The notes under the pieces: generated by a model
Told to the model about the DNA's origin: nothing
Databases searched by the model: none
Seen by the model: the letters and a program-made list of their open reading frames with translations, nothing else
Made by a program: the position numbers and the translations under genes
NCBI GenBank assembly: GCA_015233145.1
Contig: JADFYI010000001.1
Span: 15,345 to 79,344 of the forward strand
Direction of reading: 5' to 3'
DNA: 64,000 nt
Source of the DNA: Candidatus Omnitrophota bacterium
Lineage (GTDB): Bacteria > Omnitrophota > Gorgyraeia > Zapsychrales > Fredricksoniimonadaceae
Shown: positions 1-7,925 of the stretch, one piece after another
Layout of the letters: each line of letters opens with the position of its first letter
Position numbering within the stretch: position 1 is the first letter of the stretch

Positions 1-1082
1 CCTTAAAACTTGGGATTGTCACAGGGCGCGACCTGGCGCAATCATGCCGGGATCATTTTTCAAGGCCTGTGACGTTTGCCCTTTGGATTTTGTGTGAAGT
101 GGCCATTGCCGCGTGTGACCTGGCTGAGGTGATCGGTTCAGCCATAGCCCTTAACCTTTTATTCGGGTTGCCTTTGGTTTTGGGGATTATTTTTACAGGA
201 ATTGATGTCCTTATCATATTGATGCTGCAGTCCCGGGGAGTTCGTGCCTTTGAGGCCCTTATTGCAGGCCTCATGGCCATTATCGGGATTTCTTTCTTTT
301 ATGAGCTTTTGATTGCCCACCCTGGATGGGGCGGGGTATTGGCTGGTTTTGTTCCTTCTGCCAGGATTGTCACAGAACCAGGCATGCTTTTTATTGCCCT
401 GGGGATTTTGGGGGCAACTGTGATGCCGCACAATCTTTATTTGCATTCCAGCATTGTTCAAACGAGAGCGTTTAAACGTGATGATGAAGGAAGGTCTTTC
501 GCGATTCGGTTTGCGAGCATTGATATTCTTCTTTCTTTATGCATTGCGATTTTTATCAATGCCGCGATATTGATTTTAAGTGCCGCGGCTTTTCATGGCA
601 CCGGGCATCAGAATATTGTGGATATTAATGACGCCTATAAGCTTTTATCGCCTATGCTGGGCGCTTCTTTTGCCAGTGTTGTTTTTGCTGTGGCGCTTCT
701 GGCATCAGGGCAGAGTTCTACGTTGACAGGAACCCTGGCCGGCCAGATTGTGATGGAAGGCTTTTTGGATATTCGCCTGCAGCCGTGGATCCGGCAGTTG
801 ATCACACGTTCAGTTTCCATTATCCCTGCCATTTTGGTGGCTGTTGTGATGGGGGCCAGGGGCATTGGCGCGCTTCTTGTCCTCAGTCAGGTTGTTCTTT
901 CCTTCCAGCTCGGATTTGCCATCGTGCCGCTGGTTTTTTTTACCAGTGACAAGAAAAAGATGGGGCGATTTGTTAATCCAGTTTGGCTGCAGGTTGTGGG
1001 GTGGGGTTCGACGGCAATGATCATTCTCTTAAACCTTTATCTTTTATGTCAGGCGGTGGGGTTATGTACCGTAAAATCTTGA
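1..1082 (+). CDS. mntH: NRAMP-family divalent metal (Mn2+/Fe2+) transporter, 5' end outside window
   Basis: Frame 3 is open from the window edge (LKLGIVTGRDLAQSC precedes the listed 69..1082 ORF). Multi-TM protein with the NRAMP signature GATVMPHNLYLHSS. Confidence 0.9.
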   Translation, partial: LKLGIVTGRDLAQSCRDHFSRPVTFALWILCEVAIAACDLAEVIGSAIALNLLFGLPLVLGIIFTGIDVLIILMLQSRGVRAFEALIAGLMAIIGISFFYELLIAHPGWGGVLAGFVPSARIVTEPGMLFIALGILGATVMPHNLYLHSSIVQTRAFKRDDEGRSFAIRFASIDILLSLCIAIFINAAILILSAAAFHGTGHQNIVDINDAYKLLSPMLGASFASVVFAVALLASGQSSTLTGTLAGQIVMEGFLDIRLQPWIRQLITRSVSIIPAILVAVVMGARGIGALLVLSQVVLSFQLGFAIVPLVFFTSDKKKMGRFVNPVWLQVVGWGSTAMIILLNLYLLCQAVGLCTVKS

Positions 1083-1507
1083 TTCCCTTGGACAATTCAT
1101 CGACAGATAAAGTTATTTTGAAGCATATTCGCATATTGGTCCGTGAAACCAAGTCTGCTTTGGTGTTTGTGCACGTGGCTGACGGGGTTGTGGCCCGTGT
1201 GCAGAATCAACTTAATCTTGAGGATTCCGAGGAAATAAAGAAAGACAAGGCTTACCTGGATGGTATTGTTCAGGAATTTGTTAAGGAAGGCTTTGATGTG
1301 CACCAGCATCTTCTTAAGGGAGAGCCGGTTGACGGGATTCTTGCCCTGGCCAAAGAAGAGAACGCGGATCTTATTGCGATGGCGACTCACGGACACCGGT
1401 TTTTGATGGACTTCATTTTGGGGAGTGTTGCTGATGGGTTGCGTCACAGGGCCAGTATTCCGATACTCATGATTCGTGCTGACCATCCTGTGAAGAAAGA
1501 CAATTAA
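1064..1507 (+). CDS. universal stress protein (UspA family)
   Basis: ATG at 1064 (MYRKILIPLDNS) lies inside ORF 983..1507. The C-terminal ATHGHRFLMDFILGSVADGLRHRASIPILMIR is the Usp nucleotide-binding G-x2-G-x9-G(S/T) region. Overlaps the mntH stop by 19 nt. Confidence 0.85.
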   Translation: MYRKILIPLDNSSTDKVILKHIRILVRETKSALVFVHVADGVVARVQNQLNLEDSEEIKKDKAYLDGIVQEFVKEGFDVHQHLLKGEPVDGILALAKEENADLIAMATHGHRFLMDFILGSVADGLRHRASIPILMIRADHPVKKDN

Positions 1508-1539
1508 TTCCAGGCTTATATAAAATCGTTTTCAAAAGA

Positions 1540-1567
1540 TTGCAAACCTTTGCCCCTCCGCTATAAT
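1540..1567 (+). promoter_or_regulatory. sigma70-like promoter candidate (TTGCAA-16 nt-TATAAT)
   Basis: TTGCAA at 1540-1545 and TATAAT at 1562-1567, about 45 nt upstream of the response-regulator ATG. Confidence 0.4.
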
Positions 1568-1613
1568 GCCTCTATGTTCATTTATCCCATCCGCCTTAAG
1601 ATAAGGAAAAGAC

Positions 1614-2024
1614 ATGTTTGAATTTTTAAAGAATATTTTTCGCAAAGAGAAATCAAAGACCATTCTGGTGATTGATGATTCTGAAGTTGACCGCACCCTG
1701 GCTGAAAGGATACTTTCCCAGAGGCATTATGTTTTGACTGCAAATTCCGGCGATGATGGCATTCGCCTGGCCTGTGAAAAACGGCCGGATGCGATTCTTC
1801 TGGATTTTATGATGCCTGGCATGAACGGCCCGGAAGTTTGCCGGCGTTTGAGGGATGACGAGCGGACAAAAACTACCCCGATTGTTTTTTTAACGAGCAT
1901 GGATACGCCGCAGCATCTTTTGGAAAGTTTTCAGCAGGAAGCTGATGCCTTTTTGGCAAAGCCGATAAATCCAAGAGACCTTTTATGGCAGATTGAGCGC
2001 GCGCTTCATCCGCCGGTTTTTTAA
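1614..2024 (+). CDS. stand-alone response regulator receiver domain (CheY-like)
   Basis: ILVIDDSEVD, DAILLDFMMPGMNG, FLTS and AKP give the acidic pocket, phospho-acceptor Asp, Thr and Lys in canonical order. No output domain is present. Confidence 0.85.
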   Translation: MFEFLKNIFRKEKSKTILVIDDSEVDRTLAERILSQRHYVLTANSGDDGIRLACEKRPDAILLDFMMPGMNGPEVCRRLRDDERTKTTPIVFLTSMDTPQHLLESFQQEADAFLAKPINPRDLLWQIERALHPPVF

Positions 2025-2099
2025 GGGTGTTCAGATTTTATAGGGGTATTGATGCGTAGGGGTTCAATTTATTGAACCCTGGATAAGGAGAGAAAAGAG

Positions 2100-3371
2100 A
2101 TGTTAGATCTTAAGTTTATTCGGGATAATGTTCAAGCCGTCCAAAAAGGCCTCGCTGCCAAGAACGCCAGGATCACTCTTGATGAGCTTCTGGCGCTGGA
2201 TGAAGAGCGCCGTAAGATTTCCATGAAAGCCGATGAGCTTCGCAGTAAAAAGAATGAAGCCAATGATGCCATATCTAAGCTCCTCAAAGAAAAGAAAGAC
2301 CCCAAAGACACGATTGCGTCCATGAAATCCATTGCCACAGACATCGATGCCTTGGAGCCGAAAATAAGAGAGCTGGATGAAAAAATTACCAATATTCTTC
2401 TTTTTATCCCCAACCTTCCGTATGCGTCGGTTCCCGTGGGCGGGCCTGAAAACAACAGGGAAGTCCGTTCTTGGGGCCAGATGCGTAAATTTGATTTTAA
2501 GCCCAAGGATCATATTGCCCTGGCAGAATCCCTTGATATGATCGATTTCAAACGCGCCACCAAAATCAGCGGCGCGAATTTTATTCTTTATAAGAAGGCT
2601 GGCGCACTTTTGGAACGCGCGCTTATCAATTTCATGTTGGATTTGCATACCCGGGAACATGGGTATATAGAAGTTTTTCCTCCGGTCTTGGTCAATGCCG
2701 CGTCCATGACCGGCACAGGACAGCTCCCTAAGATGAAAGATGATATGTATTATCTGGCAGGGGATGACCTTTACCTTATTCCTACGGCCGAGGTTCCTGT
2801 CACGAATATTTATCGTGATGAGATCCTGGATGAAAAAGACCTTCCCATCTATCACACTGCGTATTCTGATTGTTTCCGCAGGGAAGCTGGTTCTTATGGC
2901 AAGGATACCCGGGGGCTCATGCGTGTGCATCAGTTTAACAAGGTGGAGCTGGTCAAGTTTGTAAAGCCTGAAACATCCTATGACGAGCTTGAAAAACTTG
3001 TGAATAATGCGGAAAAGGTTTTTCAACTTTTAAATATTCCGTACCGCGTGCTTGAGCTGGCCGCGGGGGATATGAGTTTTGCCGCTGCCAAATGCTATGA
3101 CCTTGAGGTTTTTGCTCCGGGCCTGGATAAGTGGCTTGAGGCGTCAAGCTGTTCGAATTTCGAGGATTTTCAGGCCAGGCGCGCAGGCATTCGTTACAAG
3201 GGCAAAGACATGAAAAAACCTGCCTTTGTGCATACCTTAAACGGCTCAGGTGTTGCGACTCCAAGGACAGTGGTGGCCATTATGGAGAATTACCAACAGG
3301 CCGACGGCACAATTGAAGTGCCCCAGGTTTTAAGGCCCTATATGAACGGCCTTGCCGTGATTAAAAAATAG
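2100..3371 (+). CDS. serS: seryl-tRNA synthetase
   Basis: N-terminal coiled-coil arm ([10 protein letters not shown]...). Class II motifs [26 protein letters not shown] and [18 protein letters not shown]. Confidence 0.97.
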   Translation: MLDLKFIRDNVQAVQKGLAAKNARITLDELLALDEERRKISMKADELRSKKNEANDAISKLLKEKKDPKDTIASMKSIATDIDALEPKIRELDEKITNILLFIPNLPYASVPVGGPENNREVRSWGQMRKFDFKPKDHIALAESLDMIDFKRATKISGANFILYKKAGALLERALINFMLDLHTREHGYIEVFPPVLVNAASMTGTGQLPKMKDDMYYLAGDDLYLIPTAEVPVTNIYRDEILDEKDLPIYHTAYSDCFRREAGSYGKDTRGLMRVHQFNKVELVKFVKPETSYDELEKLVNNAEKVFQLLNIPYRVLELAAGDMSFAAAKCYDLEVFAPGLDKWLEASSCSNFEDFQARRAGIRYKGKDMKKPAFVHTLNGSGVATPRTVVAIMENYQQADGTIEVPQVLRPYMNGLAVIKK

Positions 3372-3383
3372 AGAGGGAGGAAC

Positions 3384-3980
3384 ATGAAGGATACTCTTTT
3401 TTTAATTCTTAAATTTGTTTTTGCGCTCATTATTCTTCCGGTTGTGGTGGCATTGACTTTTGCCTTTCAAAATGAGCTTGCGACTTTTGAACCTGCGCTT
3501 CGCCATACATTATGGCAGGGCATGGTAACGTATGTCCTTCTTCGCTTTTTTGTTTATGACTTCAGCGCAGTCTATGCCTTTGGCCAGGGGATCGTGACAT
3601 CTGTTTTTCAGTTTTTGAAGCCTTTGGTGAATGCGGCACCGTATGTTTTGCCGATTTATACCATCCTTGTTCTTTTGGTTTATGCCGTAATTTCTGTCAT
3701 GGGGAAACTTTCAGGATATGAGAGCGTTTTTATTTTTCTTTTTGCGTTTACGTTTACCATGCATATTGTCCTGACCGCCCAGGACCTTTACAAGAAGGAT
3801 TCCATCGCCGGGAAGCCGAATTACTTTTTCAGCATGATTTTGGTGTATATTTTTGATGTTTTTTTCATGGCACTTCTTATGAGCCTGATTCTCAAAGGCT
3901 TTTCATTTACCCATTTCTTCCAGGGGTTGACCGGCACATCCGCCGACATTTATCGGATGATATTTAAACAGCTTTTTTAG
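3384..3980 (+). CDS. hypothetical integral membrane protein (about 5-6 TM)
   Basis: ORF with a GGGAGG Shine-Dalgarno sequence. Hydrophobic segments run throughout and no family was recognised. Confidence 0.55.
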   Translation: MKDTLFLILKFVFALIILPVVVALTFAFQNELATFEPALRHTLWQGMVTYVLLRFFVYDFSAVYAFGQGIVTSVFQFLKPLVNAAPYVLPIYTILVLLVYAVISVMGKLSGYESVFIFLFAFTFTMHIVLTAQDLYKKDSIAGKPNYFFSMILVYIFDVFFMALLMSLILKGFSFTHFFQGLTGTSADIYRMIFKQLF

Positions 3981-3997
3981 GCCTTCCCTTTTAAAAG

Positions 3998-4025
3998 TTG
4001 TCAAAATTTAAAAAGGTTTTATAAT
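3998..4025 (+). promoter_or_regulatory. sigma70-like promoter candidate for tRNA-Ser(CGA) (TTGTCA-16 nt-TATAAT)
   Basis: TTGTCA at 3998-4003 and TATAAT at 4020-4025. The mature tRNA begins 16 nt downstream of the -10 box. Confidence 0.45.
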
Positions 4026-4040
4026 TACTTCGAAATTTTT

Positions 4041-4129
4041 GGAGAGATGCCTGAGTGGTTGAAAGGGACGGTCTCGAAAACCGTTATATCGGGTAACCGA
4101 TATCCAGGGTTCGAATCCCTGTCTCTCCG
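4041..4129 (+). tRNA. tRNA-Ser (anticodon CGA), no encoded CCA
   Basis: Manual cloverleaf: acceptor GGAGAGA/TCTCTCC+G, D stem CCT/AGG, anticodon stem ACGGT/ACCGT with loop CT-CGA-AA, long variable arm ATATCGG-GTAA-CCGATAT, T arm CAGGG-TTCGAAT-CCCTG. Confidence 0.92.
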
Positions 4130-4152
4130 TTTTTTCACCTTTGGTGAAAAAA
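4130..4152 (+). terminator. weak A/T-rich hairpin after the tRNA (TTTTTTCACC-TTT-GGTGAAAAAA)
   Basis: Perfect 10-bp inverted repeat directly after the tRNA 3' end. Only 4 GC pairs, so function is uncertain. Confidence 0.3.
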
Positions 4153-4190
4153 CAAAGCAATGGACAATAGAACAATAGATAAGGGCTCCA

Positions 4191-4655
4191 TTGAAAAGAA
4201 GGGTTTTTACTATCGGTGTTATTTTGTTTTGGGGATGCTCCTTAGTTTTTGCTGAGCCCATGTTTGCGCCAACCAAGGAGCAGGCCTTTAAATCACAGTT
4301 AATTGCTATTGTTGAATATAGCGGCTATCAATTGTTGGGGAAAATCGATTATTTCAGCGGGCCGGTGGCACGATACAAAATTATACGGATACTTAAGGGC
4401 GCTAATGTCTCCAAGGCTTTAGATGTCCGGTATGATTTTACTGACGGTTCAGCCTGTCTGCCGGAAGTTGGGTGGAAATTTTCAGAAGATTTGATGCCGA
4501 AAAAAGGTTCAAGATGGATTTTGTTTTTGAATGAAGATTCTCCAATGAAATACTGGGCGACATACAGAGGCCCTTTTGGCCGTTGGAGCGCTGATTTCAA
4601 GAACACCCTGGAAGTTGAGAACGCTTTGAGTAAAGGGCAGTTGAAAGGAGATTAG
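4191..4655 (+). CDS. hypothetical exported protein
   Basis: TTG start. Signal-peptide-like N-terminus MKRRVFTIGVILFWGCSLVFAEP. No family recognised. Confidence 0.5.
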   Translation: MKRRVFTIGVILFWGCSLVFAEPMFAPTKEQAFKSQLIAIVEYSGYQLLGKIDYFSGPVARYKIIRILKGANVSKALDVRYDFTDGSACLPEVGWKFSEDLMPKKGSRWILFLNEDSPMKYWATYRGPFGRWSADFKNTLEVENALSKGQLKGD

Positions 4656-4656
4656 C

Positions 4657-5175
4657 ATGGCATTAATTCACTGTCCCGAATGCAATGAACAAATTAGCGA
4701 TAAAGCCTTGGCTTGCCCCAAATGCGGACATCCGAGAATGTCTCAATTGATGGGATGGCGGGCGTTAGGGTTTGAATGGAAAACCAAAGAAGAGGTTTTT
4801 GGCTGGCCGTTGATCCATATTGCGGTTGGATTTGACAAGAAAACAGGGCGGTTGGCGGTTGCGCGAGGCATTATTGCCATTGGGCAGTTTGGGATAGGCG
4901 TTATTACTCTTGCTCAATTCGGGGTCGGACTGTTATTTGGATTAGGACAGTTTGTCGCGGGTTTTTGTGTGATCGGCCAATTTGCATTTGGCATTTTTTT
5001 CGGTTTGGGGCAAATTGCCACGGGAATGACAGCCATAGGGCAGTTTGGTTTTGGGCAGTATGTCCGCGCCATGGCGGGAATCGGCCAGCATTTATGGACA
5101 ATGAAGATCAAAGATCCTGAGGCCGTTGAACATTTTAGAAAGTTTTTTGATGTTTTAAAGCTTCATGCAGGTTGA
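4657..5175 (+). CDS. zinc-ribbon protein with a C-terminal glycine-rich GQF-repeat membrane region
   Basis: N-terminal CPECNEQISDKALACPKCGHP (CxxC-x13-CxxC). It is followed by six or more iterations of (I/L)GQF(G/A/V)xG within hydrophobic sequence. Confidence 0.7.
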   Translation: MALIHCPECNEQISDKALACPKCGHPRMSQLMGWRALGFEWKTKEEVFGWPLIHIAVGFDKKTGRLAVARGIIAIGQFGIGVITLAQFGVGLLFGLGQFVAGFCVIGQFAFGIFFGLGQIATGMTAIGQFGFGQYVRAMAGIGQHLWTMKIKDPEAVEHFRKFFDVLKLHAG

Positions 5176-5186
5176 ATTTTGAGTTA
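5142..5186 (+). repeat. 45-bp direct repeat, copy 1 (3' end and stop of the 4657..5175 gene)
   Basis: GTTTTTTGATGTTTTAAAGCTTCATGCAGGTTGAATTTTGAGTTA matches 6554..6598 at 43 of 45 positions. Confidence 0.9.
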
Positions 5187-5189
5187 GCC

Positions 5190-6368
5190 TCACAGAAGGT
5201 TACAGCCTTGAGAAAATAGCAGGGCATAAAAGATCAAGCCAGCGGTCATGAGGAAAGTCAAAACAATATCCACTGATTTGTTTTTTGAAAGCACTGCCAT
5301 GGATAAAAAGAGCGGGAAGACCGTTGACATGTGCCGGGCACAACTCAATAACCAAAAGATGGAATAAATATAGAAAATGAAAGAAAGAGAATAAATAACA
5401 TATGAAAGACGTACTCGTTTCATAGTTATAAAAATTAAAATTAAAGCCATGAAAAAAGAAACCAGTTGTGGGCCCCAAAGAACAAGACTATCAATGGATT
5501 TATCAATGAATGTCCTGTTTATCAAGTCTTTGATATTATCCATGATTGGAATATAATGAACATACCATTGCGTCTTCTTGAAATATATGAATTTCCACCA
5601 ATCGTCAAATATCAGTTTATTAATAAGCAGATAAATAAAAACCCCTAGACTCAGCCCCAATACAACGAAACTTCTATTGAACAGGTCTTTTGCCCAAGGC
5701 CCATAAAGTTTATTTTTTATTATTTCTAGAATATTGACTTCCTGCATATATTCCACAATGAGTATAATTCCTAAAAAAGGCCCCGTATTAGGACGGGTCA
5801 ACACGGCCATCATCGCAAGAATTCCAGAGTAAACCCAGGCTTTCGTTCTCAGGAAATAAGTCGCCCCCACAAATAAAGCCAGAAACAGGCCCTCGCTAAA
5901 TGTGATACTGAGGAAAAAAGAAAAAGGATATACCAATAAATATTTCACTGCACGCCAGGCCGTGTCTGAGTCATAGTCTAAGGACGCCAGCTTGTATAAA
6001 AATAATCCTCCAATAATAAGACTTAGGTTAGATACCAGCAGGCCTGCCAGGAAAAGGTCATGAACTAAGCCGCCAAGAAATCTTATAAACAGAGGGTACA
6101 GGGGGCCAAAAACAATGAGGGACTGCCTATCAACAGGGGCAGATGCGGGCGGATATCCTTCCTGGGCAATAGAAAGATAATGGTAAGAATCCCAATGGTT
6201 CCAAAGTCCGTTCATGGATGGCCAAAAAGGATCTATCTTGTGCTGAAAAAAGATCAAACCAGCATAGGCTGTAAAGAAAATTATCAGGCGTGAAGCAATA
6301 ACAATCAGCGCAATAGAACCTAATATTTTTAAGTCGGCTTTGTGTTTTTGAATGATTTCTTGTATCAT
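5190..6368 (-). CDS. polytopic membrane glycosyltransferase candidate (GT-C fold, PIG-V / mannosyltransferase-2-like)
   Basis: 392-aa ORF with about 10 TM segments. It has WNHWDSYHYLSIAQEGYPP after TM1, resembling the WD..WY..IA..GY loop of PIG-V-type GT-C enzymes. The gene is visibly AT-richer than its neighbours. Confidence 0.6.
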   Translation of the reverse strand: MIQEIIQKHKADLKILGSIALIVIASRLIIFFTAYAGLIFFQHKIDPFWPSMNGLWNHWDSYHYLSIAQEGYPPASAPVDRQSLIVFGPLYPLFIRFLGGLVHDLFLAGLLVSNLSLIIGGLFLYKLASLDYDSDTAWRAVKYLLVYPFSFFLSITFSEGLFLALFVGATYFLRTKAWVYSGILAMMAVLTRPNTGPFLGIILIVEYMQEVNILEIIKNKLYGPWAKDLFNRSFVVLGLSLGVFIYLLINKLIFDDWWKFIYFKKTQWYVHYIPIMDNIKDLINRTFIDKSIDSLVLWGPQLVSFFMALILIFITMKRVRLSYVIYSLSFIFYIYSIFWLLSCARHMSTVFPLFLSMAVLSKNKSVDIVLTFLMTAGLIFYALLFSQGCNLL

Positions 6369-6422
6369 CGATCAGTCAGGAAGAATTTTAATTTTAAATA
6401 AAAATCTGCAGAAATTTAGAAA

Positions 6423-6587
6423 ATTATAACACAACAATCCATTTTATGCCCCTTTTATGTGGTCTCCGGCGCGGCATCGCGTATCTCGCGTTATCCGACG
6501 AGAGAATATGCCTTCTGCAGGGCTGATGAATCCGTATGCAAAGATGCCGAAGGGTTTTTTGATATTTTAAAGCTTCATGCGGGTTGA
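6423..6587 (+). pseudogene. start-less relic of a paralogue of the 4657..5175 gene (3' end only)
   Basis: The open frame ends ...CKDAEGFFDILKLHAG*, against ...KDPEAVEHFRKFFDVLKLHAG* for the intact gene. No ATG or Shine-Dalgarno sequence was found, and similarity is confined to about the last 15 codons. Confidence 0.35.
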
Positions 6588-6598
6588 ATTTTGAGTTA
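6554..6598 (+). repeat. 45-bp direct repeat, copy 2
   Basis: GTTTTTTGATATTTTAAAGCTTCATGCGGGTTGAATTTTGAGTTA matches 5142..5186 at 43 of 45 positions. Confidence 0.9.
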
Positions 6599-6684
6599 TT
6601 AATGGTATATTAACTTGCGAATTTGAAGTCAATGATTTCTCGAGTGGAAATAAATTTTTTAAAAGAATATTTGAGTTTTTAGGC

Positions 6685-6845
6685 GAGACATCTGTTTGCC
6701 GTCAAGCTGTAAGCTTGTCGATGCCAACAGATGTCTCCAAAAATTCTGTAGAAAAAGACATTGAGGAAACTCCAGTCTGCCCGTCAAACTGATGGTTTGT
6801 CGTGGCAGACTGGAGTCTCCAAAAATGTCGGAGACATTTTTGGAG
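6685..6845 (+). repeat. two tandem hairpin units plus a tRNA-leader hairpin
   Basis: Unit A has outer stem 6685-6696/6726-6737 (12 bp) and inner stem 6703-6708/6712-6717. Unit B has outer stem 6769-6781/6804-6816 (13 bp) and inner stem 6785-6789/6795-6799. Both contain CCGTCAARCTG and TTGTCG, and both end in GTCTCCAAAAAT. A third hairpin, CTCCAAAAATGTC-GGA-GACATTTTTGGAG (6817-6845), overlaps tRNA nt 1-4. Confidence 0.75.
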
Positions 6846-6929
6846 AGGTGGCTGAGCGGCCGAAAGCGGCGGTCTTGAAAACCGTTGACCCGCAAGGGTC
6901 CGTGAGTTCGAATCTCACCCTCTCCGCCA
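6842..6929 (+). tRNA. tRNA-Ser (anticodon UGA), CCA encoded
   Basis: Acceptor GGAGAGG/CCTCTCC+G+CCA, D stem GCT/AGC, anticodon stem GCGGT/ACCGT with loop CT-TGA-AA, long variable arm, T arm GTGAG-TTCGAAT-CTCAC. Confidence 0.92.
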
Positions 6930-7006
6930 GATTAAAACATCGTTATGTAAATAACGATTTGACATAGAGTTACGATAATCAAGCCGTTATTGCGGAAAAA
7001 GTCTTC

Positions 7007-7753
7007 ATGAAAAAAATCATGATTTGTGCGTCGATACAACAGGGTTTAGGTCTTTGGTTTATTATCTTATTTTTTGTTTTCGGAAATATGCCGGTGGTAA
7101 AAGCGGAAGATATTTCTGCCCTAAATGGGGCAACGTATACTCATCATTCTGATTCAGCGATGCTCAAATCAGACGAGGAACTCGTTATCCAGGGGGACAC
7201 GCTTGTCTGTAGGAATCGAATCACATGGGCTTCGCCCGACATCGCTGACTCCATTGCAACGGGAACCAACGGATTTCGTCGTCAGATAATTGGAGAATGG
7301 GGAGAAATTGCTCGGATGCCAATCGTAGGGAGTGAAGCCCGTTGGCATAACTCTGAGGGGGAGTATATCTTTACAATTAGTGAAGACGGCAGCAGCATAA
7401 CCAAAAAAGAGAGTGGTGGAAGTAGTGTCTTTGAACGTAGCGGCACCACCCCTTCAGCCGACAAAGTCCAAGCGCATGGCGGCCATGCCTATCCGGCGGA
7501 CTGCGGGCCGACAGAACCGAACCGGACGGCTCCGATAACAACGGATCTATGTCCAGGGAATCTTGTGGCCATGACCTACTTTTGCGGCGGGAATACCGGA
7601 TGCCCTTACGTGTGTTGCCCGAAGGGGCTTCCTTATTTAAACCATTGCGATTGCAAATGCTATGCGACGACAGATTTCGAATGCGGTTCGCATTCAGTGT
7701 GTCAAGTTCAACAAAGGCAGCAACACTCAATAACCTCTTCGCTGAATTGGTGA
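7007..7753 (+). CDS. hypothetical exported protein with a cysteine-rich C-terminal region
   Basis: Signal-like N-terminus (...FFVFGNMPVVKAED). About 13 Cys fall in a roughly 70-aa stretch of the C-terminal third (CGPTEPN...CPGN...FCGGNTGCPYVCCPKG...HCDCKCY...ECGSHSVC). Confidence 0.55.
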   Translation: MKKIMICASIQQGLGLWFIILFFVFGNMPVVKAEDISALNGATYTHHSDSAMLKSDEELVIQGDTLVCRNRITWASPDIADSIATGTNGFRRQIIGEWGEIARMPIVGSEARWHNSEGEYIFTISEDGSSITKKESGGSSVFERSGTTPSADKVQAHGGHAYPADCGPTEPNRTAPITTDLCPGNLVAMTYFCGGNTGCPYVCCPKGLPYLNHCDCKCYATTDFECGSHSVCQVQQRQQHSITSSLNW

Positions 7754-7807
7754 GGTCCAGAAGAGTAGAGTGCGTTGCCGATGCCCAAACGATGCCCTAA
7801 AAATGGC

Positions 7808-7830
7808 GAGCCGTTGCGTTGCAACGGCTC
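7808..7830 (+). terminator. intrinsic terminator candidate
   Basis: GAGCCGTTGC-GTT-GCAACGGCTC forms a 10-bp perfect stem and is followed by TATTTTGTT. Confidence 0.55.
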
Positions 7831-7843
7831 TATTTTGTTCCTC

Positions 7844-7882
7844 ATAAGCCCGGCTAAGAATAAAAATTCTTGCCGGGCTTAT
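7844..7882. terminator. second long hairpin between convergent genes
   Basis: ATAAGCCCGGC-T-AAGAAT-AAAA-ATTCTT-GCCGGGCTTAT forms a 17-bp composite stem. It lies between the convergent 7007..7753 (+) and 7926..8840 (-) genes. Confidence 0.45.
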
Positions 7883-7925
7883 TTCGTCACAAACCAGGAG
7901 ATAGCCATGCTGTTCAGGGGGTTTT

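Noticed and set aside
2025-2099. T-box or other leader upstream of serS (hairpin GGGTTCAAT-TT-ATTGAACCC at 2060-2079)
   Set aside because: The leader is only about 75 nt, far too short for a T-box, and no specifier or T-box sequence is present. It is more likely the terminator or stabiliser of the upstream response-regulator gene.
2103-3026. 307-aa ORF antisense to serS
   Set aside because: This is a shadow ORF. The opposite strand encodes a full, motif-complete SerS, and the antisense translation has no recognisable motifs and an odd composition.
6510-6550. CUGAUGA string as a possible hammerhead ribozyme core
   Set aside because: No properly placed stem II followed by a GAAA box, and no stem I/III partners, could be drawn.
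5142-6598. The direct repeats as att sites of an integrative element
   Set aside because: No integrase or recombinase gene lies between or beside them. The segment carries a single gene. The repeat is coding sequence of a paralogue, which favours homologous recombination or gene-relic explanations.
6685-6845. CRISPR array
   Set aside because: There are only two units. The units differ in most of their sequence, there is no constant repeat or spacer periodicity, and no cas genes are in the window.
6659-6967. ORFs 6659..6895 (-) and 6761..6967 (+)
   Set aside because: They run through the hairpin repeats and the tRNA-Ser(UGA) gene, so they are artefacts of an open frame over structured DNA.
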